Notes: generated by a model not told the origin, from the letters alone. Numbered from the stretch's first letter, positions 1-14,400 are shown. The stretch: DNA of 64,000 nucleotides from Monocercomonoides exilis PA203 (GCA_001643675.2 LSRY02000027.1:496001-560000); one strand, 5' to 3'. Translations and numbers: made by a program.

Positions 1-386
1 TTGCAAATATCAGATTCAATACACCCACTCTTCAATGAATTAGGAAATGAACAAATTATTGAATAACAATTTTTGTTTTCCTCAAAAAAAATTTTTTCCC
101 TGATTTTTTCACCTTTATTCAAATAGAAAAAATTACATGGATTATCCTTTTCCGAAATTGATTTCATAATGCAAATTGCTTGATCGCATGCAATGAAGAT
201 GCACAATATTATTTTGATATTTCCAAATGATGGCATCTATTTATGAATGGCTCTTTTTTTTTGAAAAATATATTTCTTTCGATCATTATTCCCATTCTTA
301 TAACAAAAAGTGTTTTTCAACTTTTCAAAATATACTGAATTCTGTTAAAAATTTTAATTATTTTTCACAAAAAATTTTGATTCCTT

Positions 387-387
<1 letters not shown>

Positions 388-423
<36 letters not shown>
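388..423. repeat. poly(T) tract
   Basis: About 35 consecutive T directly visible. Confidence 0.95.
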
Positions 424-641
424 CGCGCTCTTTTAAAAACATTGATTTGAAAATCCTTTATTATCAGAATCGAAAAAACAAAATGTGCAGTTATTTTTAA
501 TCGCCACTTTTTCCATTTTTCAACACACTTTTGCAATGATTATATCAAAATTTATTCTCACTATCTTTTTTGGAAAAATGAGCAACATCAGTTTGCACAT
601 TCTAATTAAGATGTTGATATTTTTGAAATGTATTTTACAGA

Positions 642-706
642 AATCCCATTGAGAAAAAAATTCTGATCTGATCTCAAACGAAAGTTTGATTTCAAAAAGG
701 ATCAAG
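642..706. repeat. Degenerate solo copy of the right arm of the 1463-1668 foldback element
   Basis: aatcccattgag...tgatctgatctcaaacgaaagtttgatttcaaaaaggatcaag aligns by eye with aatccctttaag...tgatcaaaactcgaacaaaagtgtgatttcaaaaagcatcag (about 1603-1666). Confidence 0.65.
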
Positions 707-1462
707 TATTTTTTCCTCCAACTAGTTTAACAAGAGTAACAAAATAATGAATAAAAAAGGCAAGTATCTTTTCATTAAAAAATGTTTGCATATGGGTATT
801 TTTTTTGAAATCATAAAATATATCGGAGTGCTGATTTATCAAATGTTGTTTATTATTGAATAGAGATTTTATATATAAATGATAAATTTCATCAAAACCA
901 TTTCAAATACAAATGTTTAAGATGAAATAAAGAAAAACATTTGTTTGATATGAATGTTCACTTTTCAGGGATCATTTTCAAATATTCAGATGGAAATTTT
1001 TTTTGGTATTTTTTGATAGAAAAAATTGATTTCAAAAATAATAACCCATATCGTTTCTCAAAATTCTATAATAATTGCATGCACAACTTTGAAATCGAGT
1101 GAGCTGAAAAAAGAATGATGAATGGAGAAGAAACAGAAGAAGAGAATGTTTAGGGAAGATTGCTTCGATTGCTGGAACTTTCCTTTTGAGACCATCAATT
1201 GCGAAATGAACAACATTCTGAGTTTATTGGCAGTATTGTTTAGATGTTTCGATCAGTAATTAATCTTCTCACAAAAATAGGCTAAAATGCAACAACTTGG
1301 AAAGGAATAACTTATAAGATCTGTTGAAGACAAATTCTTGTCAGGGAGACCATTGTCACATTAAAAAAAATGTTGTTCCAGACGACTTTTTTGATTTTCA
1401 AAAATTCAACAAAAAATTCATTCACTCATTTGCGAAAAACAATGGGACAAATATATGAATAT

Positions 1463-1668
1463 GGCTGACACTTTTTGAAATCACACTTTCGTTCGAGTTT
1501 TGATCAAAAAAATATTCTTAAAGGGATATTAGAAATAAATTTGTTTTAATAATAATAACATCGTAAACTATATGTATTATCAGTTTTAGTTCAATTTTAC
1601 TAAATCCCTTTAAGAGAATTTTTTTGATCAAAACTCGAACAAAAGTGTGATTTCAAAAAGCATCAGCC
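1463..1668. mobile_element. Foldback / MITE-like element with about 70-bp terminal inverted repeats
   Basis: 1463-~1530 (ggctgacactttttgaaatcacactttcgttcgagttttgatcaaaaaaat...aagggat) is the near-exact reverse complement of ~1600-1668; AT-rich spacer; no ORF; no clear target-site duplication. Confidence 0.7.
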
Positions 1669-1745
1669 TTTTTTCTTTTTTCTTTTCTTTTATTTTTTCT
1701 TTCTTTTCTTTTTTCTTTTCTTTTCTTTTTTTTCTTTTCTTTCTT

Positions 1746-1781
<36 letters not shown>

Positions 1782-1797
1782 CTTTTTCTTTTTTTTT
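1669..1797. repeat. (TTTTC)n / poly(T) pyrimidine tract
   Basis: Directly visible, abutting the foldback element. Confidence 0.9.
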
Positions 1798-2423
1798 ATG
1801 AATATAACTAACATCATATTAAACGGTTAAGGAATATTCACAACAAAATAATCTTAAATAATCTATCAAATAATAAAAGTCCATGCAGATTGAGGGAATT
1901 GAATATTTTTTCCCCTTCACTCACAACTATTTTATAATAATAAAACGCCAGCAAAGAAAGGGTCATTGAAAGAAAGACAGACCGATCACGAGTTTTTCCA
2001 GGATATTCTGTTTATAAATGATTTTTATTGAAAGAATGAGAAACATGCGCAATAAATGTGTTCCAATCAACAAGTCAAACAAGTTGCAATCACTTGTTTT
2101 TTTCAGTATTTGCCATTTTTCAAATTTATTCAATGTTATCGTCAAGTGTCAAAAATTTTTTGTAGAAGTATTTATCTAACAATATTATATTCAAAGTGAC
2201 AATATTAATATTTTCTCACTATTCTTTTTGCAACATATTATTGAATAATATAACAAGACTAATAATAAAATGAAAGCAGAAAAAGTCCAGAACAATTCAC
2301 AGGTTTTTTCAGAAAAGTTCAAGATTCACACAATTTTTTCAATTCGAACCATATTTATTTTTCGGTAATTGTTATAAAAAGAAAATCTTCTTTATTTATT
2401 GTTAATTCAAAACAACTGAGTAA

Positions 2424-5400
2424 ATGAGATTCTTAAACACAATTCATTGTTTTGCAACTTTGCATTTAGCTTCATTTTTTTTCTGTGTAGATGGTGACCA
2501 ACTTTTCCCAACAAATGACTTATTTAGGTTATGTGGAGATAAAAAATCAAATGCCTGCGACAAAGGTGTGAATTTAGCAATCAATAATAATTTCGATTTG
2601 AAAAAAGTTATTATTATTTTCTCTATCATTATTATTATTGTTTTCATTATTATTATTTTTATTGTTTTCTTCCATTATTCTCAGATCGTTTCGAAATCGG
2701 ATTCAAAAATGCTCTTCTCACACATTTTGTTGAAAGCAATTCCTCGTTGGTAATATCATGTTCAGAACTTTATCATTGCTCTGACAATCCTATTTTTAGA
2801 TGTAAGAGTTTATCGGCCGTTGAAATTTTTGGTTGTTTAATTTGTTTCAAGGAATTTTCCTCTTCATGCCCAATATCTTTGACTGAAAGCACAGCTTCTT
2901 TATCCAATATCAGCCTTTACTGTGATGTACCAACGTTTATTGTTCCCCCTTTTCTGGAATCCAATTTGTCAACTTCTCAATTTGCTTGCTGTGGATTGTT
3001 GACAATGTTTCATTGTTCGTTTTCCTCAATGATGATTTCGTCTTTGCCATTTCTTTTTTCAGAAGCAGTATCTCACGTCTCTGCTATGCATTCTTCTTTT
3101 GAGAACATTTCTTATTTCAAAACAGAGAGACAATCTCGAAATCGTTTCACGGCATCAACAGCTCATCATTACACAACAATCTCCAGCTGCTCGTTTTTTT
3201 CAGTCAATGATGTGTATGATGGTGGACTGTTTCATTCCATAAATTGCCCTTGCTCATCTTTGTCTTCGTTGAATAACACTTTCATATCTTGCAACCGTTT
3301 GTCAAATGTTCGTTATTCTGGAACTGAAGAAAACCCATTATCTCTTGAAAGGACAGTTATTGAGACTGCAGGAGAGCATTTGTTTGTTTGGTGTGAATGG
3401 AAAAATGCGTCACCAAATGGATTTGGAGGTGCTATCTACATATCACACGGCGGATCATCAATAAATGTTTCTCATTGCTTATTCAATGACATTAACAGCA
3501 CAAATGATCAAGCAAACAATCATGGAGGTGCAATATTTATTGCAAATTTGGTAAATGCACTTGTTGATTCATCAAATTTTAGTAAGTGTTGTGCAAATCA
3601 AGGAGGGGCAATGTGCAGCGTTGATCATGTGAAAAATGAGCAATGCAAAGATCTTGTTTTTGAAAATTGTTCCATTTCAAGTGAATATGGGATGGTGTGC
3701 TACTTGCGCCCTCAATATCTTCAAGAATCAGGAACATTCATTTTCTCAAATTGTCGATTTGTGAAGAATTCGGCCGGAGATTCTGCAGGATGCATGTATT
3801 TTAGTTATTATTTACCAGATATCAGCTCCTCAACGTTTTTAATCACCGAAAACGTGTTTCTGTTTAATTTATTAAATGGAACAAGCACAAGTGTAAGTCG
3901 TTACGGAGGAACTGGAATGAATTTTGATGGGCTTTCAGAACAGGCTGCAAGAATATCCTTCATTAAATTTTGTTTTTTCCACCAAAACAAAGCAAACAAT
4001 GGAATGGGAAATGATGTGAGAATAAATGGAGGCAAAGTGACTTCAAATCCTTTTTTTGAATCATATTCAACAACAACAGAAAAGCGAGTGTGGTACAACG
4101 GCACGTCGGATAGCGAAGAATATAATGGATGGCTTCCAGTGGGGATATTTTTACTGACTCGATATACTCATCAAAATGGAAATGATTTGGATGAGCTTTG
4201 TGGGTTGAACGACACAACACCCTGCAGAACAATAGAACATGTTTTCGGAAAATTGAGAAACGATGTTGAGTGCAAAGTAATACTGCTTGAATCATCTTTT
4301 TCTCCCTCTTCTGTGCTATTCATCAACAGCAATAAAGTCAAAGTGATTGGTAATGGAACAGACAAATCAGTCGTAAGAACAAGCATGCTGTCAAACTCTG
4401 CAGCCCTGTTTTCAATTAATGCCGGAGATTTAAGTATATTTTCTTTGGAGATTGATCACAACACTGCAATAGAAACTATTGAACTATTATCTGTTTCTGG
4501 TTCATCTGGGAAGGCTCACCTGAAGCATCTTCTCATCACTTCTACAAGGGCTCAGCCCACTTCTTTTAACAAGCCTTTGTTTGATATTGCTTTCGGAAGC
4601 ATTTCAATTGATTCCTGTATTGTGTCTTCTTTGAGAACAAGCACTCAGCTCATAAGGGCTCCAATTTCATCTTTTTCTGAAATTTCTAACACTAACCTCA
4701 CAGAGGTCATTCGAAGCTCAGGAAATGGAGGAGTGATTGAATGCAATCCGATAAATACGGAGTCATTAACATTGAACAACATCTCGTTTTCCGGGTGCAA
4801 ATGTGAAAGTGGAAATGGAGGATGCATTTCCATTATAATGCAACCTGGCTCAAAAGCGAGACTTGGAGAAATTGATTCGCTGACTTTTGCTGACTGTTGT
4901 GCACAGGGAGCAGGAAGCAACGGATACGGGGGTGCAATTTTCCTGAAATTGGAAAATTCAGCCAATGATTTTGTCTTTGACAAGATGACATTCACCAACT
5001 GCCGTGCTTCGCAATTCGGCAACAACATTTTTATTGAGGTAGCGAATTTCAGCCAAGTGATCAATGCAGATCGGTTGAAGTTCAGCCCTCAACTGAATGT
5101 GCTCACTGATCTGTGCGGATACGAAAATAACAATCACTCATTTGCGATTCCTCTTGTTCTTTATCTCCGAAGCAAACCGACCGAGTTTTATGTTGGAAAT
5201 ACGAATAAAAGAGATTGGCATATGTGTGGATTTGCTGACGAGCAATGCTCAACTGTTGATTATGTTCTCTTGCAACACAAAACATCAAGCGGAGTGTCAA
5301 TTGCTGTTGATGGCAGTTCCACTCTTTCACGAGAGATATCTCTGTCTGAAGGAACCACAAGTGTTCGAGGGATTAGAGCTCAGACACAGCTCATCGTAAA

Positions 5401-8400
5401 CGATAATTCGACAAAAAATCAAGATGGGATGATTATCAGCAGTGCAATAACTTCTTTTTCGAGCATCAAGTTTTATCTGCCAAGCTCGCTCTCTGGAAGA
5501 GAAGCACTGTTTCTGGTGCAGTCAGGATCCTTCTTGTCTGAGCAGTGTGCGCTGATGCTTATGTCAAGCACAACATTATCTTACAGTTTTATTATTTGCA
5601 TGGGTGGAACAAGCGCAGTGAAATCGCTTGTGGTGAAAGGATTCAAATTTACAGAAGCACCTCTGATGATTTCATGCACGAACGGGCAGCTTAACACTGA
5701 GTTATGCAACATTTCGAATACAACTTCCGCATCAAATGAAGGAATAATTGAATGCACAAACGGAGGTTCACTGACTCTTCAGAATTCGACAATGGAAGGA
5801 ATTGTATGTGACAACAAGGCAGCTATAACGATTGAAAATGGAAAAACAGTGAAAGTGGAAAAAATCAACATGAAATCCATTGAACTCGCAAATGGAAATG
5901 GAAGCGCAATGAATATTGTGATGAATACAGGAAATGTTGTTGAGATTAGAGAGTCAACATTTTACAACTGTTTGGCTCACTCGGGTTGTGGAGGAGGGAT
6001 ATATGCTTCGTTTGTTGGAAGCGGAAAGCTGAGCATCGGAAAAGATGGAACATTCACATCGTTTTCAAAGTGTGGAGCAAGTGATACAAGAACTCAATGC
6101 GGATACGGGGGAGGGCTGTTTGTGAAGGCTGCTGGTCAGTTCAATGATTATTATATATCTTCAATCAGCTTTACGAGCAGTGTTGAAAAAAACCATGCGA
6201 CGAAAGGAGGAAACAACATGTTTTTTGATGAAGCGAATTTGGCAGATTTGATGAATTCTGGAAAAGTGGATGTGACGATCTCGACAAATGCAGCAGAATA
6301 CGATGATGCAATGGGCTTCGAAAATGGGGATACGGATTATGCAATTCCACTGGCTCTGTATTTCATTGCTCCCTTTCCTTTGCCAGCACTCGTTGGAGGA
6401 AACAACACAAGAGATTTCAGTGGATGTGGCCACTCGGGCTATCCTTGCTCAACAATCGCATTCACAGTCGATCTTCGTTTTTCTTCATTGGACAAAGACA
6501 TTTTGCTTGATCCTTCATTTATTTGGAGCGAAGAGACAGAAATGAATGTTTGCGAATGGAAAGTGAAATGCGCCCAAAAGAACACAAGAATTGCTGTTTC
6601 TCCACCACCTCCAACAGATTCATCTTCTTTAATAACAGTCACTCAGCCAGCGACAATAACGAATATCACTTTTGTTTTGTCATTATCGCTCAACTCCAGA
6701 ACATCTTTGATTCAGTGCAACGGAAATAGCCTTACATTAAACAGTTGCGGATTTTCGATAACTTATTCAGAAGAAAACAACGAAATCAATTTCATCTTTG
6801 CAAAAATAATCGGAGGAACATTTGTTGCAAATGATTTTGTTGTTGCAGAAACAAATAAAATTGTGTTTTCAGAGAGTCCGTTTTTGTTTGAGGGAGGAAG
6901 TTCGTTCACGATGCAGAGCTGCGAATTCAACGGAATAACAGTGAAGAACGGAAATGGTGGATTGTTAAGTGCATATGGAAATAGAGGAAGCTGTGAGATT
7001 GTGATTGACGGATGCCAGATAAGTTCATCATGTAAAGACGGAAACGAGCTGAAAGGAGGAGCTTTGTTTATCCAGAAACAGGGGAATATGGATGTTACTG
7101 TGAATAACACAAGATTCAGCAGTTGTAATGTGCCAAACAGCGAAGAATCAAACAGTGGAAGAGGATTAGGAGGAGGGATATATTTGAATGTTTCAGATAA
7201 TAATGGAGTTTATTCACTGAAAAATCTGACATTCTTTGAGTGCAAAGCGTGGAAAGGAAACAACATATTTGTGGATGCCATCAACTTAACTGAAGCAGTT
7301 CGAACAGATAACTTCCAAATTGCTTGGAGAGAGATGGAAAAAACGGATTTGATGGGACATGAGCGAGTCTCCTGCAATCGAGATTATGCGATTCCTTTGG
7401 CTGCATTTCTGACTTCATTTTCTGGAAGTGGATATGTTGGAGGCGAGTCAGATGGAGGATACGATCACTCGGGATGCGGATTTTCATTTGCGCCTTGTCA
7501 TTCAATCAGCAAAGTTGTTGAATTGAGATTTGGATCAGCGCAAGAGCAAGGTACTGTTGTGGTTCTTCCATCGTTCCAGCTGGACAGCTGCACAAGGCTT
7601 GCCTCATGTTATGTTTCAATTTTTGCAACAACAAAAGGCACATCAATTTTTGTCTGCAGCAACGCAAGCGCCGATGGTGACGGCTTAATCGAAACAGCAA
7701 CAGAAGTGTCGATTTCGAATATCACTTTTTCAATGCCTTCAAGCTTCGTTGAAGCACCTCGATTATGTCTGATTCTGTGCCAACAATCAACTTTAAGAGT
7801 TTCAAATTGCTCGGTGACAAGGCAAATAGAACGCGAGGCAATTCAATTCAGCATTCTTTGTGCAACAGGAGGCGAAATTCATTTAACTGAATTTGAGCTG
7901 AAAAGAATTGATTTTGGAGAAGTTACAGCAGTCGAGCTGAGCGGACAAGGAACATCTTTATTTGTAGTAGGATGCACTTTTGAAGCGGTTGAGAGTCTGT
8001 CACATGATGGACTGATTCACTTGACTGGTGAATCTTCAGCCGACATCAAGAAGCTAACAGTCAATAGCTCAGCACTAGAAAGTGGCAGTGTTATTTCTTT
8101 TGGGGAAGGAAATGGAATGAAAATTGCATCAAGCGAATTGTCGAACGTGACTCGAAACAACGGGAATGGCTCAGTCTTTTCAGGCGTTATTGGGCAAGGA
8201 AAGCGAGTGGAGATCAGCAACTGTGTGTTTTCAAAAGATATGTGCCAAGGAGAGGTTCCGTTTGGCGGGATGGGGGCATTGAATGTGTCGGATGGAGGAG
8301 AGCTGATTTTCACTCAGAATAGAGTGGAGAGCTGCACAGCACTGGGAGCACAGGGATATGGAGGAGGGCTGCACCTGAAATTCGATGCAAATGCACAGTA

Positions 8401-11400
8401 TTCTATGAAGTCAAACACTTTCACAGGAAATCTTGCTTCAAAGGGAAACGACTTATTACTGCTTTGCGGGAATCCAGAAACGCTGATCAAAGAAGATCTG
8501 TGGTTTGGGACAATCGACGAGCTGAACACGCCTGAGCCAAATTTCTGGGTTATGGACTCGGTCGAAAGCACAGAAATTGATTACTCGATCAAGAAATATC
8601 TGTTTTCTGGAACAGGAGATATCATCTTTGTTGAGGCAGGAAAAAGCACTTTGCCGAACTGTGGAAGCGATGCGAATCCATGCGATCGATTGGAAGTTGG
8701 TGTTGGCAACCTGAAAGAGAACCAAACGACTGTCCAGATCAATAACCACAATTGGGTTTCTGGAGAGATGAGAAGAGATGGTAAATCGCTCACAATCCGC
8801 GGAGTTGCTTCTAAATCAGAACTGAGAATAGAAAGCAACGGTTTCTTCAATGTGGTTGATGATATTACACCAACAGAACTACTGCTCAACAGACTTATTT
8901 TCAAACTACCAATCTCACCGGTAGAAGGCAACGCTGGGGTTATTCAGATGAATGGCGGACGAGTGACAATATTGAATTGTGAATTTGGAGGAAGCGATGG
9001 CTCTGTAGAAGCTGGAAAGCTTTGGATCGTTGTTGGAGGAGGAGGAGAGGCGCATCTTGAGAGTGTATCATTTTCTTATCAGACTTTTCTATTGAGCTTC
9101 GGAATTGCTCGTTTGGAGAGAGGGAAAATGTCCATCAACAATCTGAATGCGTCTCACATAACATCTGAAGGAGATGGATTGATCAAGAAAATTGAAGGTG
9201 AAAGCTTTGAAGCTAAGGCAGCAAATATCACCGATTGCTCCGCTTCTAATGGAGGGATATTTATTCTGAAGAATGTGGAGCAGGCATCAATTTCTGGAGG
9301 ATGCGAGTTTTTGAGATGCAAATCGAACAACAGCGATGGAGGTGTTGCCAAATGTGAGCTTGCCTTCGAGAACAGATTTGATATGGAAAACGTTGTAATC
9401 AGTGAATGTGAAGCCAATGAGACAAGCGGAAGAGGAGGAGGCATTTTTCTTTATTCGAGTGACGATTCCACAAACAACTTCAAATTGGGAGAGATGGAGT
9501 TCATGGAAAATAATGCTTGGTGCGGGAGGGATTTGTTTGTCAGTTGTTCTGATCTGAACCAAACAGTGAGCAAGAGTCGCTTCATCTATAACTTATATGG
9601 CGAAAATGAGGTGTCTGCAGTGGATATGAAAGGCATTGACAAAAGATTTGATGGCGAAGCAATTGATCTACTTCTATTTCTGGTGAAATACGAATCGGAT
9701 GAAGTGTTTATCGATAAAAATGGCTTTGATATGATTGGATGTGGCAGTTTGAACTTTCCCTGCTCGTCTTTTTGGAGAGGTGTGAAAAACGCTAATTTGA
9801 ATTCTTCAAATAGAATTATATGGATTTGCTCAAACGCAATCATTCAAGACGAATTTGATTTATCAAATTTCGAAGTCAAGTCCTCTGTCCCTGAAGAGCA
9901 CGCAAAGTTTGATTTTGCTTCTGAAATACTTGGTTCCGGCTCTTTTTCTGCAATCATCACAAATTCGAAGAATCTTCAATTTTTCCTTGTTGATTTCGTG
10001 TTGCCGTTGGGATTCAACACCAATCGAAAAGTTCTAGTTTCATCTTTCTCTGAAAATGGTGTGCTGCATTTGACTGATTGTGCATTTTCCACAAAGGAAC
10101 AAGACACGCTTTCATATTCTCTGATTTCTGCAAGTGGAGGAACATTTACGCTGATTCGTTGTTCAATTGAAGATGTGAAGTTTGATTTCACACCAATTTC
10201 TGCTTCTTCTTCGGCTGTAATTGAAGCATGCAATATTTCTGGGGCAAAAACAGAGAATGGGGCAGAAGGTGGAGCTCTTCGAATCTCGTTGAAAGCAGAG
10301 CAGCAATTGATGATCAACAAAACAATAGGAAAAAATTGTGAATGCTCACAGACAATTGGAAAAGGTGGGTTTCTTTTTGTAGATAGCACGGATTCAGAAA
10401 GCACCGCTCCTTTTGTTTTTGATGCAATCACTTTGGAAGTCAATGAGGCGAAAATTGGGGAGCATATTTACATTTTGTCGAATGATTTGAATGCAACAGT
10501 CAAATCATCTTCATTTATATTTGATTATTCTTCAATGGAAAATTCATCAAATCTGTTCGTAGGGAGTGACGATACATTTAACAGCACCAACCTTTTCAGA
10601 TTTCTTGAGGGTTATTCGAATTCCCAAATATATGTCTCTTCACTTGGCTTTGATGTGAAGAGGTGTGGAAGTGCAGACGATCCATGCTTTTCTTTCTGGA
10701 AAGGGATGCAGCAGATTGATGGAAGCGAGACAAAAAAGGAGATAATAATTCACGACACGACAGTTTTGAAGGACAGCTTTGTTCTTTCCGACTTCAAGAT
10801 ATGCTCTGGAACAACATCTGAAGTGGAAGCCAGCCATTCGACGTTGGCAGTTAGCCAAGAAGAACCAGCGGAAGGAAAAGGATTGATCAGAAACAATAAG
10901 GCTCTGACATTTTCGTGGATAATTCTATCAGTGGAGTTTATACATGAAAATGGAGAAGAAACCATTGTGAAAAACGAAGATGGAACTTTAACGTTTGAAG
11001 AGTGCTGGTTTTCTTCAACAAGCACGGACAATATGGCACAAAACTATGTGTTTGTGGAAATGGGGAAAGGGGTGCTGATTGTTGATAGCCTGAATGTTGA
11101 AAGGATCCACACGAAGCGAGGCGTATTTGATGTGTTTGGCAAATGTGAATGCAAAATGAACAAAATGAATGTTCTTTCATCCACAATTGAGAGCGGAAGC
11201 ATAATTAACGTGAAGAATGCAGCAGAAACTACAAGACTCAATATGAAAACAATAATAAATATAAATGAATCGACATTCTTTTCTGTTTCAAGGAAGGATG
11301 ATGGATCGTGTGTTAGCAGCAGCAATTGCAGCAGAAAAAGTGTTGAAATGATTGTGAAAAATTCGTCAATCGAGTCGTGCAAAGCTCTTTCGTCTGAGAA

Positions 11401-14400
11401 AGGCGGTTCTCTTTTCTTTTTGCAGAGTTCGGATGGATCGCTGAAAGTGGAAGATTCACGAATAGCGCAATGCTCTTGTTCTGTTGCGAGTGGAAGAGGA
11501 GGCGGAGCATATTTGGAGTGTGAGGAAAGAGGAGAATTGTATTTTCTTTTCAAAAATATCACATTTTCTGGCAATGAGGCTTTTGTTGGCCGAGACATTT
11601 TCATTGAATGCACAAACATCTCGAACCAAATCAACGAGACACAGTTTGCAATGGATTTGAGGGCGGACTCTTTTATTCGCCTGAATGCGATTTATGGGAT
11701 TGATCCAACACTCTCCGAGCCAGTTGATTTGATCGACCTGATTACAATCTATCAGGCAAGCACGATTGTTATCTCGAACATGTTTGGGAAAGGAGGAGCA
11801 AATTATCGGCAGTGCGGAACGAACACTCGTCCTTGCCTGTCTGCTGGATATGGCATTGGTCACCTTGTGGGAGACTTCCTGAAGGTGGTAGCCATTGATG
11901 AACAAAGTGAGATTGAGAAGGAAATTGAGATAAATGATATAACCATCCAATCGAAGAGTTTCATAAAAGCTAAGCTAATTGCTTTATCTGCTATTCCTGC
12001 TATTGAAACTGCTTTGGTCAAAGCCAAAGGAAGAAATCGTCTGGAATCAATTGAGTTCCTGTTTGTGGAATCATTTTCATCTAATCACGAGGCGATTCTG
12101 GAAATTGATGAAGGCAGCATGCTGATCGTCGATGTTGCGTTTAAGCCGGAGAATTTCAATACAAAAGCTTCTTTTAATGAGCTCTTCCGGATGGAAGGCG
12201 GAATGCTGTTGATCAGCCAAGTTTCAGTCGAAAGAATTGATGCAAAGACTTTGTGCACATTCAAAAGAGGAACATGCCAATTTCGATCAGTTTTCATTAT
12301 TAATGTGGTGTCGCTTCGAGATCTGTTTGTTGTGTTGTGCGAAAACATCTCGATGAAGGAAGTGACGATCAGCAATACAACAAGTCAGATGAACATCTTC
12401 AGCTTTGATGGAACTGAGAACAAAGAGCAGAACATCTCAATGAGTGCTTCTTTATCCGAATGTTTAATTTTGAATGTTTCATGCAAAGGAGAGACGCCAA
12501 TTGTTTGTATCATCAATAGGAGAAATGTGAATATCTCAAATTGTGAAATAGGCAATTCCTCGTCAAATGTTGAGAAAGGAAATATGATATCTTTTCTGTT
12601 TTGCTCAAATGTTTTTTTTAATTCCTGCAGTTTCAGTGGAAATTTTCAAAATTCAAAAGAAAATCACATCAATACCACATTGATAGAGATCTGCAAATGG
12701 AATGGATCGCTTGTGGATGTTGCAAAGAGCAACGTAAGAATGAAAGATACCACAATGTGTAATTCGAAAGTTGGGGGGTTGTCTGTCCGTGGAGGAAGTG
12801 TGGAAATTGAAGATTGCAAGTTTGAGAACAACAACCCATCCATTGAAAAATATCTATCAATCAGAAGAAATATTCTCTGCTCGGATTCGGGAATGGTGAA
12901 TGTTGTCAGCTTGAAAGGAGGAGATGGATTGAAGGATAACACATCACTGTGGATTCTGGATGAGGGATGCACATTGGAGGGGATTGCAGGAGAGAGACCT
13001 TCTGCGCTGTTTATCCCTGTGCTGGAGTCGGCAGAGATGGGCAGAGGAGGAGAGAAGATAAGTCTGAGTGTGCGCGGAAAGTTGTTGGTGCCATGCAATC
13101 TGTCGGTGAGAGTGTGCTTCAGAGACGGGAGCGAAGAGCATATCGAGGGTCATGAGATCGAGGAAGATGGATATGTGGGGGAGAATGAAATCCAAACAAC
13201 CATTCTGTCGGCACAGCTGGCAGCGGTGGGTGCAGAGACAGAAGTGTCAGTGTGCATTCTGTTTGGCAGGAAAGATGCTCCTTCATCGACCGGGGCATTC
13301 ATCCTGAAGAACAGAAGTGAAACCCAAGGAAACAGCGATGAAAGAATTGCCGAAGGAGGGAAAGAAGGAAAATCACTTTGGCCAATCATCGTGATCATTA
13401 TGGCAATAATTCTCATGATCGTGATTATTGCATCTGTTGTTGTGACCATCCGATGGAGAAAGCAAAAGAGAAGAACCGAAGAGTTAGAAGAGATTGTGAA
13501 CGATAACATCAGAAAGGATCCGAAGGCATTTGAAATGGTGACGATGGAGATGTCACCCGAGGAGCAGTGGAAGAGAGCAGAGAGGGAAGCAGAGAAGAAG
13601 AATGAAGAAAAGATAAAGAAAAGAGTGTATGAGAAAAGCTTGGGGCACTCCGAGTCATCAGAGCATTTGCTGAGCGAGTGTGGCTCAACTGAATACATTC
13701 TTGGAAGAGATTCTGACAAGATCCCAGAATGGGCACTGGAAAAGGTTGAAGAAGAAGAGATTCGAAAGAGATCACCATCTCCGTCAATTTCTTCCACTTC
13801 CACCACAGACACTTCAGACACAGAATCCACATTTGTTCGCGGAGAGGATCTGTGTCCAACCACCTCATCCATGTCGAACTTAGTGGATGCGATGGCATGC
13901 TCATCCCCTCATGAAAAGCTTATTGTGGACTTGAGGGATTCTCTGTTCATGCTGCTTCATGGAAAGAACAAGACAAAGGAGATGGCGATTGGAAGTCTTC
14001 AGGAGAGGGAGATGACAGCTGCACAGATCCTGTTCTGGGTGGCGAATGGGGCGCTCCACGCCTTTGAGGACGAGGAAGATGACCTCCCTCTTTGGCCAAT
14101 CTGAGCCCGCACATTGTGCTCTTCTCTGAGCACATGGTCATCTGCATTGCCCTCCACTCCGACTGCTCCTCAGACTCAGACTCATCATCCGTCTCTTCAC
14201 TGACCATTGTTTCTTCCTCCTCCAACATTTCGGTGCTGAGCGAGAGATTCACCGACTCGCCTCCTCCTTCGTCAGCATTCGAAGATGAAGATAGCTTCAA
14301 AAAGGAGTGTCTGAGATGGAAGGCGCCTGAATTGCAGATGAACAAGAAGCTGGAGGCAACAGAGAAGTCGGTGGCGTTCTCGATCGGGATGATGCTGTGG

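Noticed and set aside
1090-1380. Coding-looking stretch in the left intergenic region (also 58200-58480)
   Set aside because: Multiple stops in the frames I read and no recognisable motif; a call cannot be supported
2747-14104. Bacterial autotransporter/Pmp gene or contaminating bacterial DNA
   Set aside because: Spliceosomal introns, a single TM helix instead of a beta-barrel, and eukaryote-specific neighbours
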